This document shows positions 17,163 to 27,107 of a DNA stretch of 46,344 nucleotides, one piece after another (position 1 is the stretch's first letter; each line of letters opens with the position of its first letter). Source of the stretch: a virus (Duplodnaviria > Caudoviricetes); the IMG/VR virus record IMGVR_UViG_3300031520_000006, positions 1 through 46,344 of that record; one strand, 5' to 3'. Below the pieces are notes generated by a model. It did not search any database, was not told where the DNA came from, and worked only from the letters and a program-made list of their open reading frames with translations. A program made the translations under genes and the position numbers.

Positions 17163-17284
17163 GAGGTGCCTCTTTTGTGGGGATAGTATGGGGAAGAGTG
17201 AGAGGATCGGGGAACGCTTCACCCTGGTAGAAAAGCCATGAAAGAAAAGAGAAGCGTCGCCCTGATTACAGTATAAGGATGAGC

Positions 17285-19351
17285 CTATGCACCTTCGAGC
17301 GTCAGCGACATATCATAGTCCGCCTTCTGCGGGTCATACGTCGCCTTTGTGCCGATGATGCGAACGGTGCCGCTCTGCCCTGAGCCAGTAGGAGGATTGC
17401 TATCCGTGAGCGTCACGACATCAATTAACTGCAAGGCTGGATTGAGCGGCACCGTCACGACATGGCCGACCTGGGCGCGCTGCTCCTCGGCCAACAGAAA
17501 TTGTGCCTTGAGCGAGCACTGTGCCGTGGTGGTCAGCTTCTGATCCGTGTGGTGCAGCATCCGCTCGATGCCGACAACCGTGATATTGGGGTCGTCATAC
17601 GCCTCGGCTGTCGTCAAAGCTCCCAGTTGTCCTCCAACTGGTGGCTTGCCGCTCACGATAACGTGATTCGCGCGCAGATCGTCGGTGCCAAAGGCGATCA
17701 GTTCAACCTCTGGCTGATAGGCCCACACAGATGCTGCTCCACTGTTGCGCTCGATGACCTGGAGCGTCTCAGCCTGGTCGAGAAAATAGACCAGGCCGTA
17801 GATCGTACACAACTCATCGAGCGCCTGCCGATACTTCTGCGCGGCGTGCAGCGTAAAGGTCGGGATGACCTGGCTCATCTGCGTGGTGGCTGGCAAGACC
17901 ACTGAGAACAATCCTCCGCGTGCGGCCATCTCTGTCACCAGCCATGCAACGGTCTGATTGGTGTAGGTGATCTGGAAGCGTGACTCCAGGTCGAGATTAC
18001 GGCTCACATCATGGGCAATGATGCGTATCCTGTTCTCGTGTGGGCTTCTCTCAAAGAGGATTTGCTGCACGTGGTAGCGTCCGGTGGCAACGACTTCCTT
18101 TGTGGTTGGTGGGCTGCCAGTCAAGTAGCCTTCTGACAGTACAAGTGTCGTATTTGGCCCTATTGGTGCCGCTCCGCTGCCTGTATTGACCAGGCTGCTG
18201 TAGACACCCTTGTTGTTATCAAGCAGCACATCCAACCGCGATGGCCTGCCTTCGTGCTCTGTGCGCGTATAGGACAGGATAGCGGCACTGAGATCCGCAT
18301 ATTGATTCGCGTTGGCCTGGCTGAACATCGGCGCGCTGAACGTCTGTGCTTTCGCGGTGATATAGTATCTCGCCCCTGCTGGCCCTGTATTCGGTGCTGG
18401 CAGCGCGAGAAAGTTCGCGCCATAGTTGCAGCCAGTCATGGCGTGCAAGATCAATCCATTCGACCAGTGTGTGAGGTCCGCTGATTGTCGAATCCGCGGG
18501 TAGCTGTACACCGAGCCGGTAATCAAACCGCTATCCTGCTCCACACTGACCAATGAAATCAGCCCTGTTGAGGTATCGTAGGAGAGATGTGGCGCAATGC
18601 GAGCAATGGCGGTGCTTGTACCCCTGGCGACATCTGGCCCCGTTGCCCACACATTCGAGGTCGGGTTATAGGTGCAACTCTTCAGGCTGTAGCCATCGCT
18701 ATACACAATCGTATAGATGCCGCTTGGCCCTGGACTGCCGTACCACGCATCGAGGCCCGCGCCTCCCGCGATGGTTGGCAGTGTCCACGTCTTGATCGTG
18801 GACCATCCAGTTGTATAGAGCGATGCGCCAATGGCCTCGCCGCCACTGATGTCGTAGATGAAGAACACGTCATTATTGCCGCAACTGCCGATGCCCTTGA
18901 TGAGTGCGCCCCCTGGTGGGCTGAGGATGACACCCTGCAACCACGTCACGCCATTGTCATTGCTATACCAGTTGTAGAGCGCGTTGCCGCCTGTACCCTG
19001 CTGCACGAATATCCTCACTGTCGAGCCATTGACGCTGATCGCGCAGCCGCCATCCTGGAACATGGTGCCGTTGGTGCCTGGCAAGTTGGTCCAGTTGAGC
19101 CACTGGCTCGCGTTCGTCGGGTCGGTGATTCTCTGGTAGGACGCAGTGCTGTTGAATCCGTTGCGCGTCACCATCGCGCGCACGATGCTCCTATCCGGGG
19201 CAATCACGGCGTCATTGTAGGCATCGGGATTGTTCGGAGACTGATACAAGCTAAAGTGCGCTATGTGGTCCTCAGCCGTCAGTGATACGGCTGGCCTGCG
19301 AGTGTTGGCGTTGAGCGCAGTCGTGAGGGTGCTGCTGAGGGTTCGTGCCAT
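17285..19351 (-). CDS. large tail/baseplate-hub-like protein
   Basis: About 688 aa; N-terminal propeller-like (SNDNGVTW Asp-box) region and C-terminal hub-like NPALQLIDVV region. Confidence 0.6.
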   Translation of the reverse strand: MARTLSSTLTTALNANTRRPAVSLTAEDHIAHFSLYQSPNNPDAYNDAVIAPDRSIVRAMVTRNGFNSTASYQRITDPTNASQWLNWTNLPGTNGTMFQDGGCAISVNGSTVRIFVQQGTGGNALYNWYSNDNGVTWLQGVILSPPGGALIKGIGSCGNNDVFFIYDISGGEAIGASLYTTGWSTIKTWTLPTIAGGAGLDAWYGSPGPSGIYTIVYSDGYSLKSCTYNPTSNVWATGPDVARGTSTAIARIAPHLSYDTSTGLISLVSVEQDSGLITGSVYSYPRIRQSADLTHWSNGLILHAMTGCNYGANFLALPAPNTGPAGARYYITAKAQTFSAPMFSQANANQYADLSAAILSYTRTEHEGRPSRLDVLLDNNKGVYSSLVNTGSGAAPIGPNTTLVLSEGYLTGSPPTTKEVVATGRYHVQQILFERSPHENRIRIIAHDVSRNLDLESRFQITYTNQTVAWLVTEMAARGGLFSVVLPATTQMSQVIPTFTLHAAQKYRQALDELCTIYGLVYFLDQAETLQVIERNSGAASVWAYQPEVELIAFGTDDLRANHVIVSGKPPVGGQLGALTTAEAYDDPNITVVGIERMLHHTDQKLTTTAQCSLKAQFLLAEEQRAQVGHVVTVPLNPALQLIDVVTLTDSNPPTGSGQSGTVRIIGTKATYDPQKADYDMSLTLEGA

Positions 19352-19691
19352 ATCTGTCAATCAATCCTATGAGGTCTGCTAGTCGGAATGGTTTTTGAAG
19401 CCTACGGATGCCTGTGATCGCTCTTGTGCGCTCAGCAATTTCTGAGCTTGAGAGAGCGGATATCACGATAGCTTGGATGTCATTCCTGAATATTCTTGCT
19501 CGTTCGATAACCTGCTCTCCAGGAAGCTGACCAGGAATGCAGAGATCAACAATGATGAGGTCGAAGGAAGCTATGTCACGGATGAGTTCTGCCGCGTCGT
19601 TGTAGCTCCTTGGCTGATGTCCCTCCAACTCTACAGCGAGGCAGAGAATGTCGCGGATGTCCTGGTTGTCGTCGAGAATACCTATCTTCAT
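19272..19691 (-). CDS. stand-alone response-regulator receiver (CheY-like)
   Basis: ILDDN acidic pocket, IIVD phospho-acceptor, ISA and KPF. Confidence 0.85.
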   Translation of the reverse strand: MKIGILDDNQDIRDILCLAVELEGHQPRSYNDAAELIRDIASFDLIIVDLCIPGQLPGEQVIERARIFRNDIQAIVISALSSSEIAERTRAITGIRRLQKPFRLADLIGLIDRYGTNPQQHPHDCAQRQHSQASRITDG

Positions 19692-19755
19692 GTGAACGCC
19701 TTCTTTCTCCACTATCATAGTAGAGATGTAGCATACCTCGTAGATAGGCTATTGT

Positions 19756-20064
19756 CTACTCATCTCCATCTACACTTGTAATGCTCGCTAGACTGTTTGC
19801 TATTTCTCCGCGCATCTGCCGCTGGATGGATGCGAGAATGATGTTGGTGGTGGAGTTCGGCATCCCTGCCTCGCATGTCTGTCGAATCATGAGCATGCGC
19901 CCCTGCTGGCTCATGAGCTTCACAGCCGCGTCCAGTCGCTCCTTTGGACTCATATCCGCGATAGAGAAGTCCGCAAGCAACTCATCGACGAGGCTCTCGA
20001 TGCGCTCGATCTGGCGATTGGCTCGGATAAGTGTATCGTTGTTTTCCTTCTGTTGCTCTGCCAT
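19756..20064 (-). CDS. helical hypothetical protein (small terminase candidate)
   Basis: 102-aa helical ORF with AGGAG RBS; the function is a guess. Confidence 0.55.
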   Translation of the reverse strand: MAEQQKENNDTLIRANRQIERIESLVDELLADFSIADMSPKERLDAAVKLMSQQGRMLMIRQTCEAGMPNSTTNIILASIQRQMRGEIANSLASITSVDGDE

Positions 20065-20077
20065 ACGTTGCTCCTGT

Positions 20078-20662
20078 TCAGATCACATATCCATATGTGT
20101 TCAATGTGACGTTGCAGGTCCCAGCGTTGGCCTGCACGTCGATCTGGCCGTTCGCATCGACCGGAAGCACTCCATTGCCGTTGACGGATTGGCTGGCAGC
20201 CTGCGTATTGCCGATGGTCACATAGTTGCCTATGCTGCCGCCATGCGGAGCCATATTGACATAGGCCCCTACAACTGTGCTTCCGTAAAACGCTTTGAAT
20301 AGCACTCCAAGCGCCCCTACAGGAATGCCAGAGCTCCCACCCGCTAGTGAGAAGGTCTGCGTCACTCCTGCTGCAATCGCCACATTGCTGAACTGCTGGT
20401 AGCCGGGGACGATTACGGTGCGACCTGGCGGCTGACTTGGCGCATTGCCGTAGATGGCGAGAATGCATCCGTCACTGAGATTTTGTTCATCGAAGAGAAG
20501 CAGAGCGCACAAGGCACCAGGCTGCGCGGACGTACCGTCGGCCTGCGTGGTGATCGGCACGCCCTGAAGCTGTGTACTGGTGGCCTCCAGGATGAGGACA
20601 TCAGCGGTGTAGGAGGCCGGGTAGAACTTCATGATGAGAGCTCTTTTGATGACCTGTGCCAT
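20078..20662 (-). CDS. putative tail/baseplate spike-like protein
   Basis: N-terminal OB-like segment (YTADV..GVPI..PGALC) and IPVGA.GV..GYV C-terminus. Confidence 0.55.
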   Translation of the reverse strand: MAQVIKRALIMKFYPASYTADVLILEATSTQLQGVPITTQADGTSAQPGALCALLLFDEQNLSDGCILAIYGNAPSQPPGRTVIVPGYQQFSNVAIAAGVTQTFSLAGGSSGIPVGALGVLFKAFYGSTVVGAYVNMAPHGGSIGNYVTIGNTQAASQSVNGNGVLPVDANGQIDVQANAGTCNVTLNTYGYVI

Positions 20663-20689
20663 TGTGCGCTCCTCTCTCGTCTCGCTCAG

Positions 20690-20980
20690 CTAGGCGTCGT
20701 TGCTGGCGCTGCCAGGATTGGCGATAATGTCGCCTGCGCCCTGCGCGTGGAAGCTAGCAGCCGTGTAGCTGGTGCCGAGCAGCGCGTTCAGGTTGGTGGC
20801 GATGACCGCGAAGGTCTGCGTGGCCGAGGGATCGACGCGGCAGAAGGTGCCATCCAGTGGCAGGTTGCCATCGGCTGCGAGCTGCACAATGGCGAGCGTG
20901 CGTGGGTTGAGGTAGCTGCCAATAGGGGCAACCTGGCCGCCGTTGTAGCGGCCATAGGTCAGTTCTAGTAAATCAAGCAT
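20690..20980 (-). CDS. putative virion protein
   Basis: 96-aa ORF with GAAAGGA RBS. Confidence 0.65.
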   Translation of the reverse strand: MLDLLELTYGRYNGGQVAPIGSYLNPRTLAIVQLAADGNLPLDGTFCRVDPSATQTFAVIATNLNALLGTSYTAASFHAQGAGDIIANPGSASNDA

Positions 20981-21024
20981 GATGCTGCTGATTCCTTTCT
21001 TTGGGTAATGAATACAGATTAGGA

Positions 21025-21080
21025 GTCTTCCTTTCCGACCTGCTGACTGTGTAGAACGATAGTTCGTTGCAGGTCGGGAT
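21025..21080. repeat. structured ~57-bp element, copy 1 (copy 2 at 31680-31738)
   Basis: TCTTCCTTTCCGACCTGCTGACTGTGTAGAACGATAGTTCGTTGCAGGTCGGGAT. Confidence 0.75.
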
Positions 21081-21595
21081 TAGGAGTAACTGATCGTGAC
21101 GCCTGGGTTGGCAGCGTTGCCAGCGACGGTGATGCCATTGGCAGCGGGCATACTGAAGTCGTACACCGAGCCGACTGCGGCGTTGGCTGGAATGACACCG
21201 ATGATTGTGCCGCTTCCGGTGGTGGCGTTGTCGTAGATGAGCATGGCGTTGGTGCCGACAGCCGTGACGAGCACGCGTGCCAGGCGAGCCGCCGATGCTT
21301 TCACAACAGTGTTCGCCGCGGCACCAGCCGCGATAGCTGTTTTGGTTGCGCCTCCTGTTGAGACGAGCAGGCAGAGTGCGGCATCAACCTGTGCCTTGAA
21401 GGAGTTGGAGCTATCGGCAATGTTCACACTTCCGATGAGGTTAAATCCGGTGGGGATCGCGCTCGTCACGGTGATGCTGCCGCTATCGACGACCACATGC
21501 CCGACAATGCGCCCTGCTCGATCACTGATATCAATGATGCTGCCACTGTTTGGCGCGGCAGAGACCAGCAGATTCCCGTTCTGGTCAAAAAACAT
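21080..21595 (-). CDS. putative capsid decoration/virion protein
   Basis: Ala/Gly/Thr-rich beta protein directly after the capsid gene. Confidence 0.6.
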   Translation of the reverse strand: MFFDQNGNLLVSAAPNSGSIIDISDRAGRIVGHVVVDSGSITVTSAIPTGFNLIGSVNIADSSNSFKAQVDAALCLLVSTGGATKTAIAAGAAANTVVKASAARLARVLVTAVGTNAMLIYDNATTGSGTIIGVIPANAAVGSVYDFSMPAANGITVAGNAANPGVTISYS

Positions 21596-21671
21596 CTGTG
21601 TATCTCCTGACTAAGCAGGCGCATACCATAGATGTGATACGCCTGCTTGCTACCTGATAGAGCTTCAGGAG

Positions 21672-23759
21672 TTAGATGCCGCGATAGAGGCCGCGATAAT
21701 CGACGACTGCTCCACCGTATTCGTGCCTGATTTTATACGAAATTGCATCTTGCGTGAAGTTGAGGCCAAAGAGCGGCTGATCCTGGATGAACAGCGCGGG
21801 ATTGACCTGCCCACCGACAAACCCGATCTCAATAGTGTCGATCTCTCTTGGGTCTCCAATGAGGAACCACTGCGTTGCGCTCGACAACTGTGGGCTGATG
21901 ATCGGCATGAGGTAGCCGAGCATCGGGTTGATGTCGTTGTTGTTGTTGCCTGGCACGCCAGCCGACTTCGTGACAACCATGCTCTGCCATTCCAGTTCGG
22001 GTGGCACTACGAGGAACCGTGGACGCAAGCCGATGCGCTTGCCAGCGTAGTTGGTCTGCTCGCGCATGGCGGTGATACCGCTCTGCATCGCTGCTGTGGC
22101 GAGTGCTGCTGCTCCAAGGTTGTTATGAGCACCGCCTATGGTGAATAGAGGATTCCCATCGTAGATGTTGGGATTCGCGGACAAGAAGCCATACACGAAC
22201 TCAGCCAGTGTATAGGCTGCGGCAACTGCCAACTTGGTCGGGATCTGCTTGATCGCCTGGAGATCGTCGTTGATGATCGTCTCGCGTGAGACCGTGACCA
22301 GGTTGCCGCGCTTCTGTGGCACATAGGTGGCCGCGCTATCTGTCAGCGTGACTGCTGAGTATGCGGTATCCTCAGCGACGATTGGCAAGCTGCCAAATGC
22401 TCCGAAGCGAACTCTCGATTGCTGTTTGAAGTCGCGCACCGGACTGATCGTACAAAATTTCTGCCATTCCGCAGGCCACGCCTGATAGTCTTTCAACAGG
22501 CGCTTATTCATGGATGTGCCGAGCAAGTACGAGAAACTGGCTGTGGTGGTATCAGCTTCGGAGATGCGCCCGATGGGTGCGCTCTCATTCACGCGAATGT
22601 TCCCAAGGCTGGTTCTGTCAGTGATGCCGCCCATGAGTGAGGCATCGCCCGTTACGCGTGCATACGCCTCACGAATGCTGCTAAATGGATTGATGTTGCC
22701 GAGCTTCGTGGTGTCAATATCCAAATCGAACATTCTATCAAACGCGGCCTGCACCTTCTCAGCCTCGCTAATCATACCTGTGACCTGGCTCTTATCGTAG
22801 CCGTTTCCACGAACTAAACCATCTCTGGTCAATTGCGCCATCATGTTGATCGAGGCGGTCATGTCGGCCTCAAGCTCCGCATCCTCAAAGACGCGTCCAG
22901 CGAATTTCGCTTTGATGTTGGCCTTGACCGCATCGGGCAGAATGCTCTCCTGTAAGCGGCGCTCCAGTGAGAGAGAGGCGCGCTCAAGTCGAAGTTGCGC
23001 GAACATGCGCTCACCTTCCAGGCGCTGCTGCTCTAGCAATTGCTGCTGCTCCAGGATCTGGCTTGTGGTTGGTGCTGTAGGAGTGCTGGTGGTACTTTCT
23101 TGAATTGCGGTTGAGGCTGTAGTGTTGGAGGCTTGCGCCTGCTCTGCCTCGTTGGGGGTAGTTTTCGTCTTATCAGGCATTGGGGGTTGTTCTCCTTGTT
23201 GTGGAAGATTTGTTGACACATCTTCATCTTCAGACATGTCGTGGAGGATTCGGCGGAATGCTCCACCCGCCGAAGGTCGTGTAACCACGTCACACGAGAG
23301 GAGGGAAACGACGTTGTTGACCTGCTTGGCCTTTGTGTTCTGGTCATGAGACCATTGGCCGAGGATATCAACGGAGAGGCCAATCAGTTCAGGTCGTCCG
23401 ACCTGTGATGCCTCTTGTATGAGAGACCAGAGCCATGATGCAGCCTCAAAGATGTGCAGCGTGGCGTCTACGCGCCCATTCCCATCAGGAATGAATTGCG
23501 CATCTTTGTAGAACCCTACTATGTCCCTTACCGACCTATTGATGCTGTCAGCCGATGAACGTGCGTGATCGGCGTAGGCGTGCGCGCCTTCCATCATGGT
23601 AGCGATGGATTGCAGCGCGGCCTGGTCGTAACTGTAGCCATTCTTGGATGTGCCACCTTGAATGATCGTGGCGCGTACCTCGTGGCCTGCCTGGTCAAGC
23701 GTCTGACCTTCGATGATGTGGCCCTCAATGTGGAGTTGAGTTTCTTGCATCTTGGTCAT
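21672..23759 (-). CDS. major capsid protein fused to prohead protease/scaffold (Mu gpT-like capsid)
   Basis: N-terminal protease-like motifs (GTSKNG.SY, ADH, GLS, SCDVVTRPSAGG), a Q/T-rich linker, and capsid motifs SRETIINDDL, LVVPPELE and KIRHEYGGAVVDYRG. Confidence 0.85.
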   Translation of the reverse strand: MTKMQETQLHIEGHIIEGQTLDQAGHEVRATIIQGGTSKNGYSYDQAALQSIATMMEGAHAYADHARSSADSINRSVRDIVGFYKDAQFIPDGNGRVDATLHIFEAASWLWSLIQEASQVGRPELIGLSVDILGQWSHDQNTKAKQVNNVVSLLSCDVVTRPSAGGAFRRILHDMSEDEDVSTNLPQQGEQPPMPDKTKTTPNEAEQAQASNTTASTAIQESTTSTPTAPTTSQILEQQQLLEQQRLEGERMFAQLRLERASLSLERRLQESILPDAVKANIKAKFAGRVFEDAELEADMTASINMMAQLTRDGLVRGNGYDKSQVTGMISEAEKVQAAFDRMFDLDIDTTKLGNINPFSSIREAYARVTGDASLMGGITDRTSLGNIRVNESAPIGRISEADTTTASFSYLLGTSMNKRLLKDYQAWPAEWQKFCTISPVRDFKQQSRVRFGAFGSLPIVAEDTAYSAVTLTDSAATYVPQKRGNLVTVSRETIINDDLQAIKQIPTKLAVAAAYTLAEFVYGFLSANPNIYDGNPLFTIGGAHNNLGAAALATAAMQSGITAMREQTNYAGKRIGLRPRFLVVPPELEWQSMVVTKSAGVPGNNNNDINPMLGYLMPIISPQLSSATQWFLIGDPREIDTIEIGFVGGQVNPALFIQDQPLFGLNFTQDAISYKIRHEYGGAVVDYRGLYRGI

Positions 23760-23760
23760 G

Positions 23761-24516
23761 CTACTTTTCCTCGTCGCGCAATCCATCCATCATCATCGTC
23801 ATGTGACGGCTGCGCGTATTGTTGTAGCCGCGCTGATCCATCTGGACTTCGGGATAGTCCTTATCCTTGATGAGCTGCGCGGTCTGTGAGCCATCCATCA
23901 CATTGAGCGCCGACGTGTCGAGGTCTCCTGGTCGTGTGCTCATGTGGACCTCTTGCGTCAGATCGGGATGTTGCAGATCGGGAACCATCGGGTCAGGCTG
24001 CGTCACATCATTGAGCATCATGTCGAGTCCATATGGATGATCGAATGCAACCAGTGGATCGGGACTCATGCCGACGGATGGCTGCATAATATCGAGGCCG
24101 TGAGGATGGCGATATTCCGACAGGTCCGGGGTCATCGGGTCAGCGTTCCATTCGGGGAGCTGGTCAATGCCTGGGCCAGTGAGGTCTCGCCCTGCCTGTA
24201 GTCCTGGCACCATCATATCAGGCACGCCATAATCCGGGAGATGTACCTGGCTGGATGTGCTCGGCATTGCGACTACATCCGGGGCTGGTACGCCATCGAC
24301 GCCTGCCAGGTTGAGGTCAGGGATGATGTTGCCAGGATCGACGCCTCCTAGATCGGGGCTTCCTGAAAGCGTGGGCCAGGTAATGGGGGGTTTAGGTGGT
24401 GTGGGCATCCACTCGATGCTGCTTCCTGACGCGACATCAGGCATCCACCCATCGATGCCTGCCAGGTTGAGGTCAGGCATCTTGCCACCAGGTGGCATAG
24501 GGTAATCTGGATTCAT
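23761..24516 (-). CDS. Pro/Asp/Met-rich repetitive protein
   Basis: Repeats PDLNLAG(I/V)DG, HP.GLD.M and DPM.PDL. Confidence 0.7.
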   Translation of the reverse strand: MNPDYPMPPGGKMPDLNLAGIDGWMPDVASGSSIEWMPTPPKPPITWPTLSGSPDLGGVDPGNIIPDLNLAGVDGVPAPDVVAMPSTSSQVHLPDYGVPDMMVPGLQAGRDLTGPGIDQLPEWNADPMTPDLSEYRHPHGLDIMQPSVGMSPDPLVAFDHPYGLDMMLNDVTQPDPMVPDLQHPDLTQEVHMSTRPGDLDTSALNVMDGSQTAQLIKDKDYPEVQMDQRGYNNTRSRHMTMMMDGLRDEEK

Positions 24517-24896
24517 CGTAATCTCCTTAACTGAGCTTCTATATGCGTCCCGCCCGGCACAATGCCAGCAGGAACCGCTTCGATGACTTCATACTTCTTC
24601 GCCGACTGAACGGCTGCGGCGGTTGCGGTGGTCGTGTCGGCGATGTAGACCACGCCTGTAAAGTTGGTGCCAAGTGGCGCGAGCAGCACCATATCGGCCC
24701 GGAGTCGTGGAGCGCCTCCTGACGGGTCGGGTATCTGTGGCTCGACGACTGCCTGTGGTCGAAAGATGACCGAGATCGCGGTATAGCTGTATGCCCCTGC
24801 ATTCTGGTAGACAAACACCACCGTCTTCTGCCTTCCAGCGAACGTCTTTGGCACAAGAGCCTGAATGTGCGCGATCTTGCGACTATCAAGTGGCAT
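24513..24896 (-). CDS. putative head-closure protein
   Basis: 127-aa ORF ending YEVIEAVP.G...THIEAQLRR, located in the head region. Confidence 0.5.
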   Translation of the reverse strand: MPLDSRKIAHIQALVPKTFAGRQKTVVFVYQNAGAYSYTAISVIFRPQAVVEPQIPDPSGGAPRLRADMVLLAPLGTNFTGVVYIADTTTATAAAVQSAKKYEVIEAVPAGIVPGGTHIEAQLRRLR

Positions 24897-24907
24897 GGAA
24901 TGATCTC

Positions 24908-25225
24908 CTAGAATGGCTGCTGTTCGATGCGTGGATCTTTGTGGAATTTGATATGCTTGACATGTGGCTTATGGACCCGTGGATGCGTACTGTGGTGGCT
25001 GTGGTGGCTGCGAGCCGCGTGATGGCCCGCGTGCCGTGGATGGCTGCTGTGATGTGCGCGACTGTGATGCGACGCGACTCCTGCGAAGCGAGAGCCTCCT
25101 GAGCCGCCGCCAAATGGATTGGCAATACCGGAGCTGCCGCCTGTGCCGAATGGATCAGTAATGCCGTAGTAGCTCGTGACCGCATCGGACTGTGGCAGGT
25201 AATCAACAATTGGGTACTGGCTCAT
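24908..25225 (-). CDS. Gly/His-rich small protein
   Basis: ATGA overlap with the portal gene; basic His-rich C-terminus. Confidence 0.6.
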   Translation of the reverse strand: MSQYPIVDYLPQSDAVTSYYGITDPFGTGGSSGIANPFGGGSGGSRFAGVASHHSRAHHSSHPRHAGHHAARSHHSHHSTHPRVHKPHVKHIKFHKDPRIEQQPF

Positions 25226-26601
25226 GGTGGTGCCTCCTTTGCCTGTGGTTGCGTCTTGATCTTCTCAAGTTCCTCGTGAATGTTCACTTCCTCGTTGAAG
25301 CTCTTGAAGAGCAGACGCATCGCGGTCTCGTCGCTGATCCATCCTTGCGACTTCGCGGTAGTAAGCGCACCAGCGATGTAGTTAAGCGCTTGCCCAATCA
25401 TGCCCACGTCGTCCGGGTCGAACTCTGGAAACACGATCTCATACGAGGTATTGATGCGTGGACCAATTTTACCGACCTTGCGGGCCTCCTCGATGACTCT
25501 ATCGAGAATGGCACTCAGCAAATAGCGCATCACCTTCTGCCGACGCTGAAATTTCAACATGGTAGGAAGCCCCATTTCGGCAGCCGTCGCGCGGTTGCCA
25601 TTGGCACCATCGCTCAAGAAGTGCTCTGGTATGGTTGCACCCATTGCCACCATCAGCTTGATCGCCCTGCCGTCTTCGCTAGCGTCGCTGCTATTGATCT
25701 TAGGCTCAACGGCGGTCCAGGTCTCGGCGTCGTTGTGGATGATGATGCTGCCTGGTTCTGGTGGCGACGAGTAATCCATCTGTTTGGCGTTGATGGTTTT
25801 GCGGTCTGCGCCCTTGAGCGTCACGTCCCATAAGAATGCGCCCTTATACTTATTGATTCTGACTCTATCCGTCAACCAGTCCTTATAGCGACGTAACCAA
25901 GGCAGGAGGGTAGCCAGGTCACTCTTGCCACGTTTGGCGTTTGACACTTTATTGATCGCGAACTGTATGACCTCTGTGCCAGCGTCGAACCAGTCGCCTT
26001 GCGTGTCTTGCGTGCGATTGGGGTCGAATGCCGCGGGATCGTCAGCAGTGGCAGACATGACTTGACCAATTGGGCGACGGTGGTAGCGCAGATGATTCTC
26101 GACATCCTCAGGATCGGTCTCGATCTCGTCTATCAAGGATGGGTCGATCTGGCGAATGACCACGGAGCCATCATACTTGTTGATGAAAAAGTGTATGAAC
26201 TGCTCACCATAGAGCGCCAGTTCGTTGCAGATGAGGTACACGCGCTCGTCCATGTGATTTTTCGGGTCGTGCCAGAATGCGTCCAGGAGTGCCTGCACGC
26301 GTGGATTGGCCGCGGAAATAGTGAGGCCCTTGCCAAGCACGAAGCTGGTGGTCATTTCAACAATAGAGAAGGCGATAGGATTGGCGTTATATGCCTCGTA
26401 ACAGGCATTGTGAATCTCTAAATAGGTGCTAGGAATTAAATCTTTTTGGTAGAAATTGTCCGATAAGCGCCGCCAGTAATAGTCTTCCTCGCCGCCCGTG
26501 GCGATGCGCCCCCACAACTGATCTTCCTGGCTGGGAGTGCCAGAGAAGGCAGTGGGGTTGATCTGCTCGGTGATGCGCTTCTCCTTGCTACGTGGTGCCA
26601 T
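25222..26601 (-). CDS. portal protein
   Basis: YNANPIA..IVE..TSFVLGKG, LYGE.F, RGKSDL and GNRATA motifs; size and position fit. Confidence 0.85.
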   Translation of the reverse strand: MAPRSKEKRITEQINPTAFSGTPSQEDQLWGRIATGGEEDYYWRRLSDNFYQKDLIPSTYLEIHNACYEAYNANPIAFSIVEMTTSFVLGKGLTISAANPRVQALLDAFWHDPKNHMDERVYLICNELALYGEQFIHFFINKYDGSVVIRQIDPSLIDEIETDPEDVENHLRYHRRPIGQVMSATADDPAAFDPNRTQDTQGDWFDAGTEVIQFAINKVSNAKRGKSDLATLLPWLRRYKDWLTDRVRINKYKGAFLWDVTLKGADRKTINAKQMDYSSPPEPGSIIIHNDAETWTAVEPKINSSDASEDGRAIKLMVAMGATIPEHFLSDGANGNRATAAEMGLPTMLKFQRRQKVMRYLLSAILDRVIEEARKVGKIGPRINTSYEIVFPEFDPDDVGMIGQALNYIAGALTTAKSQGWISDETAMRLLFKSFNEEVNIHEELEKIKTQPQAKEAPP

Positions 26602-27107
26602 TATGCTCTTTGCTCCTCTCGCTTCGATGCTTCCATGCTCAACCATTTTGTCAGCGCATGACTCACTGCATTGGTTCCTGGAAAAATATCATCAAGTGTA
26701 TCGCCCAGCTCGAGATGAAGGACATCGAAGAGCCAGAAACAGAAGGCTTCAGGCTTTGCCCCTGACAATCCACGCCTGAGCGTAATATTGACGCTGCACC
26801 AGTCGCGTATCGTCTTCTGCTGCCGTGTGCGTTTACGGCCTCCATAGAACAGTACAGGTTCCCATGCGTATGCAGGATTGACGCCTGGCTTAAATGAGCA
26901 GAATGGTTTGACCCATGCTCCTATACGTGTCCCCTGCGGACACCACTGCAAGAGGACAGGTAAGCTCACCGATGTACAGGAAAGCGCCCAACCATCAGGA
27001 TAGTCGCTTACCAGTCTAGTGAGAAGCTCCTCGTGGTCAACCTCTTCTCGCCCGTAATGTTTACGCGCCTGACCTATATATGGTGGGTCTGCATAGGCAA
27101 ACTTCAT
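26601..27107 (-). CDS. small amino-DNA methyltransferase (N6A/N4C)
   Basis: YADPPY catalytic motif, KP...W and DIFPGT SAM-binding-like motif. Confidence 0.75.
   Translation of the reverse strand: MKFAYADPPYIGQARKHYGREEVDHEELLTRLVSDYPDGWALSCTSVSLPVLLQWCPQGTRIGAWVKPFCSFKPGVNPAYAWEPVLFYGGRKRTRQQKTIRDWCSVNITLRRGLSGAKPEAFCFWLFDVLHLELGDTLDDIFPGTNAVSHALTKWLSMEASKREEQRA

Noticed and set aside
25214-25225. 12-nt match to spacer 8 (GTACTGGCTCAT)
   Set aside because: The flanks do not align, so it is not a credible protospacer.
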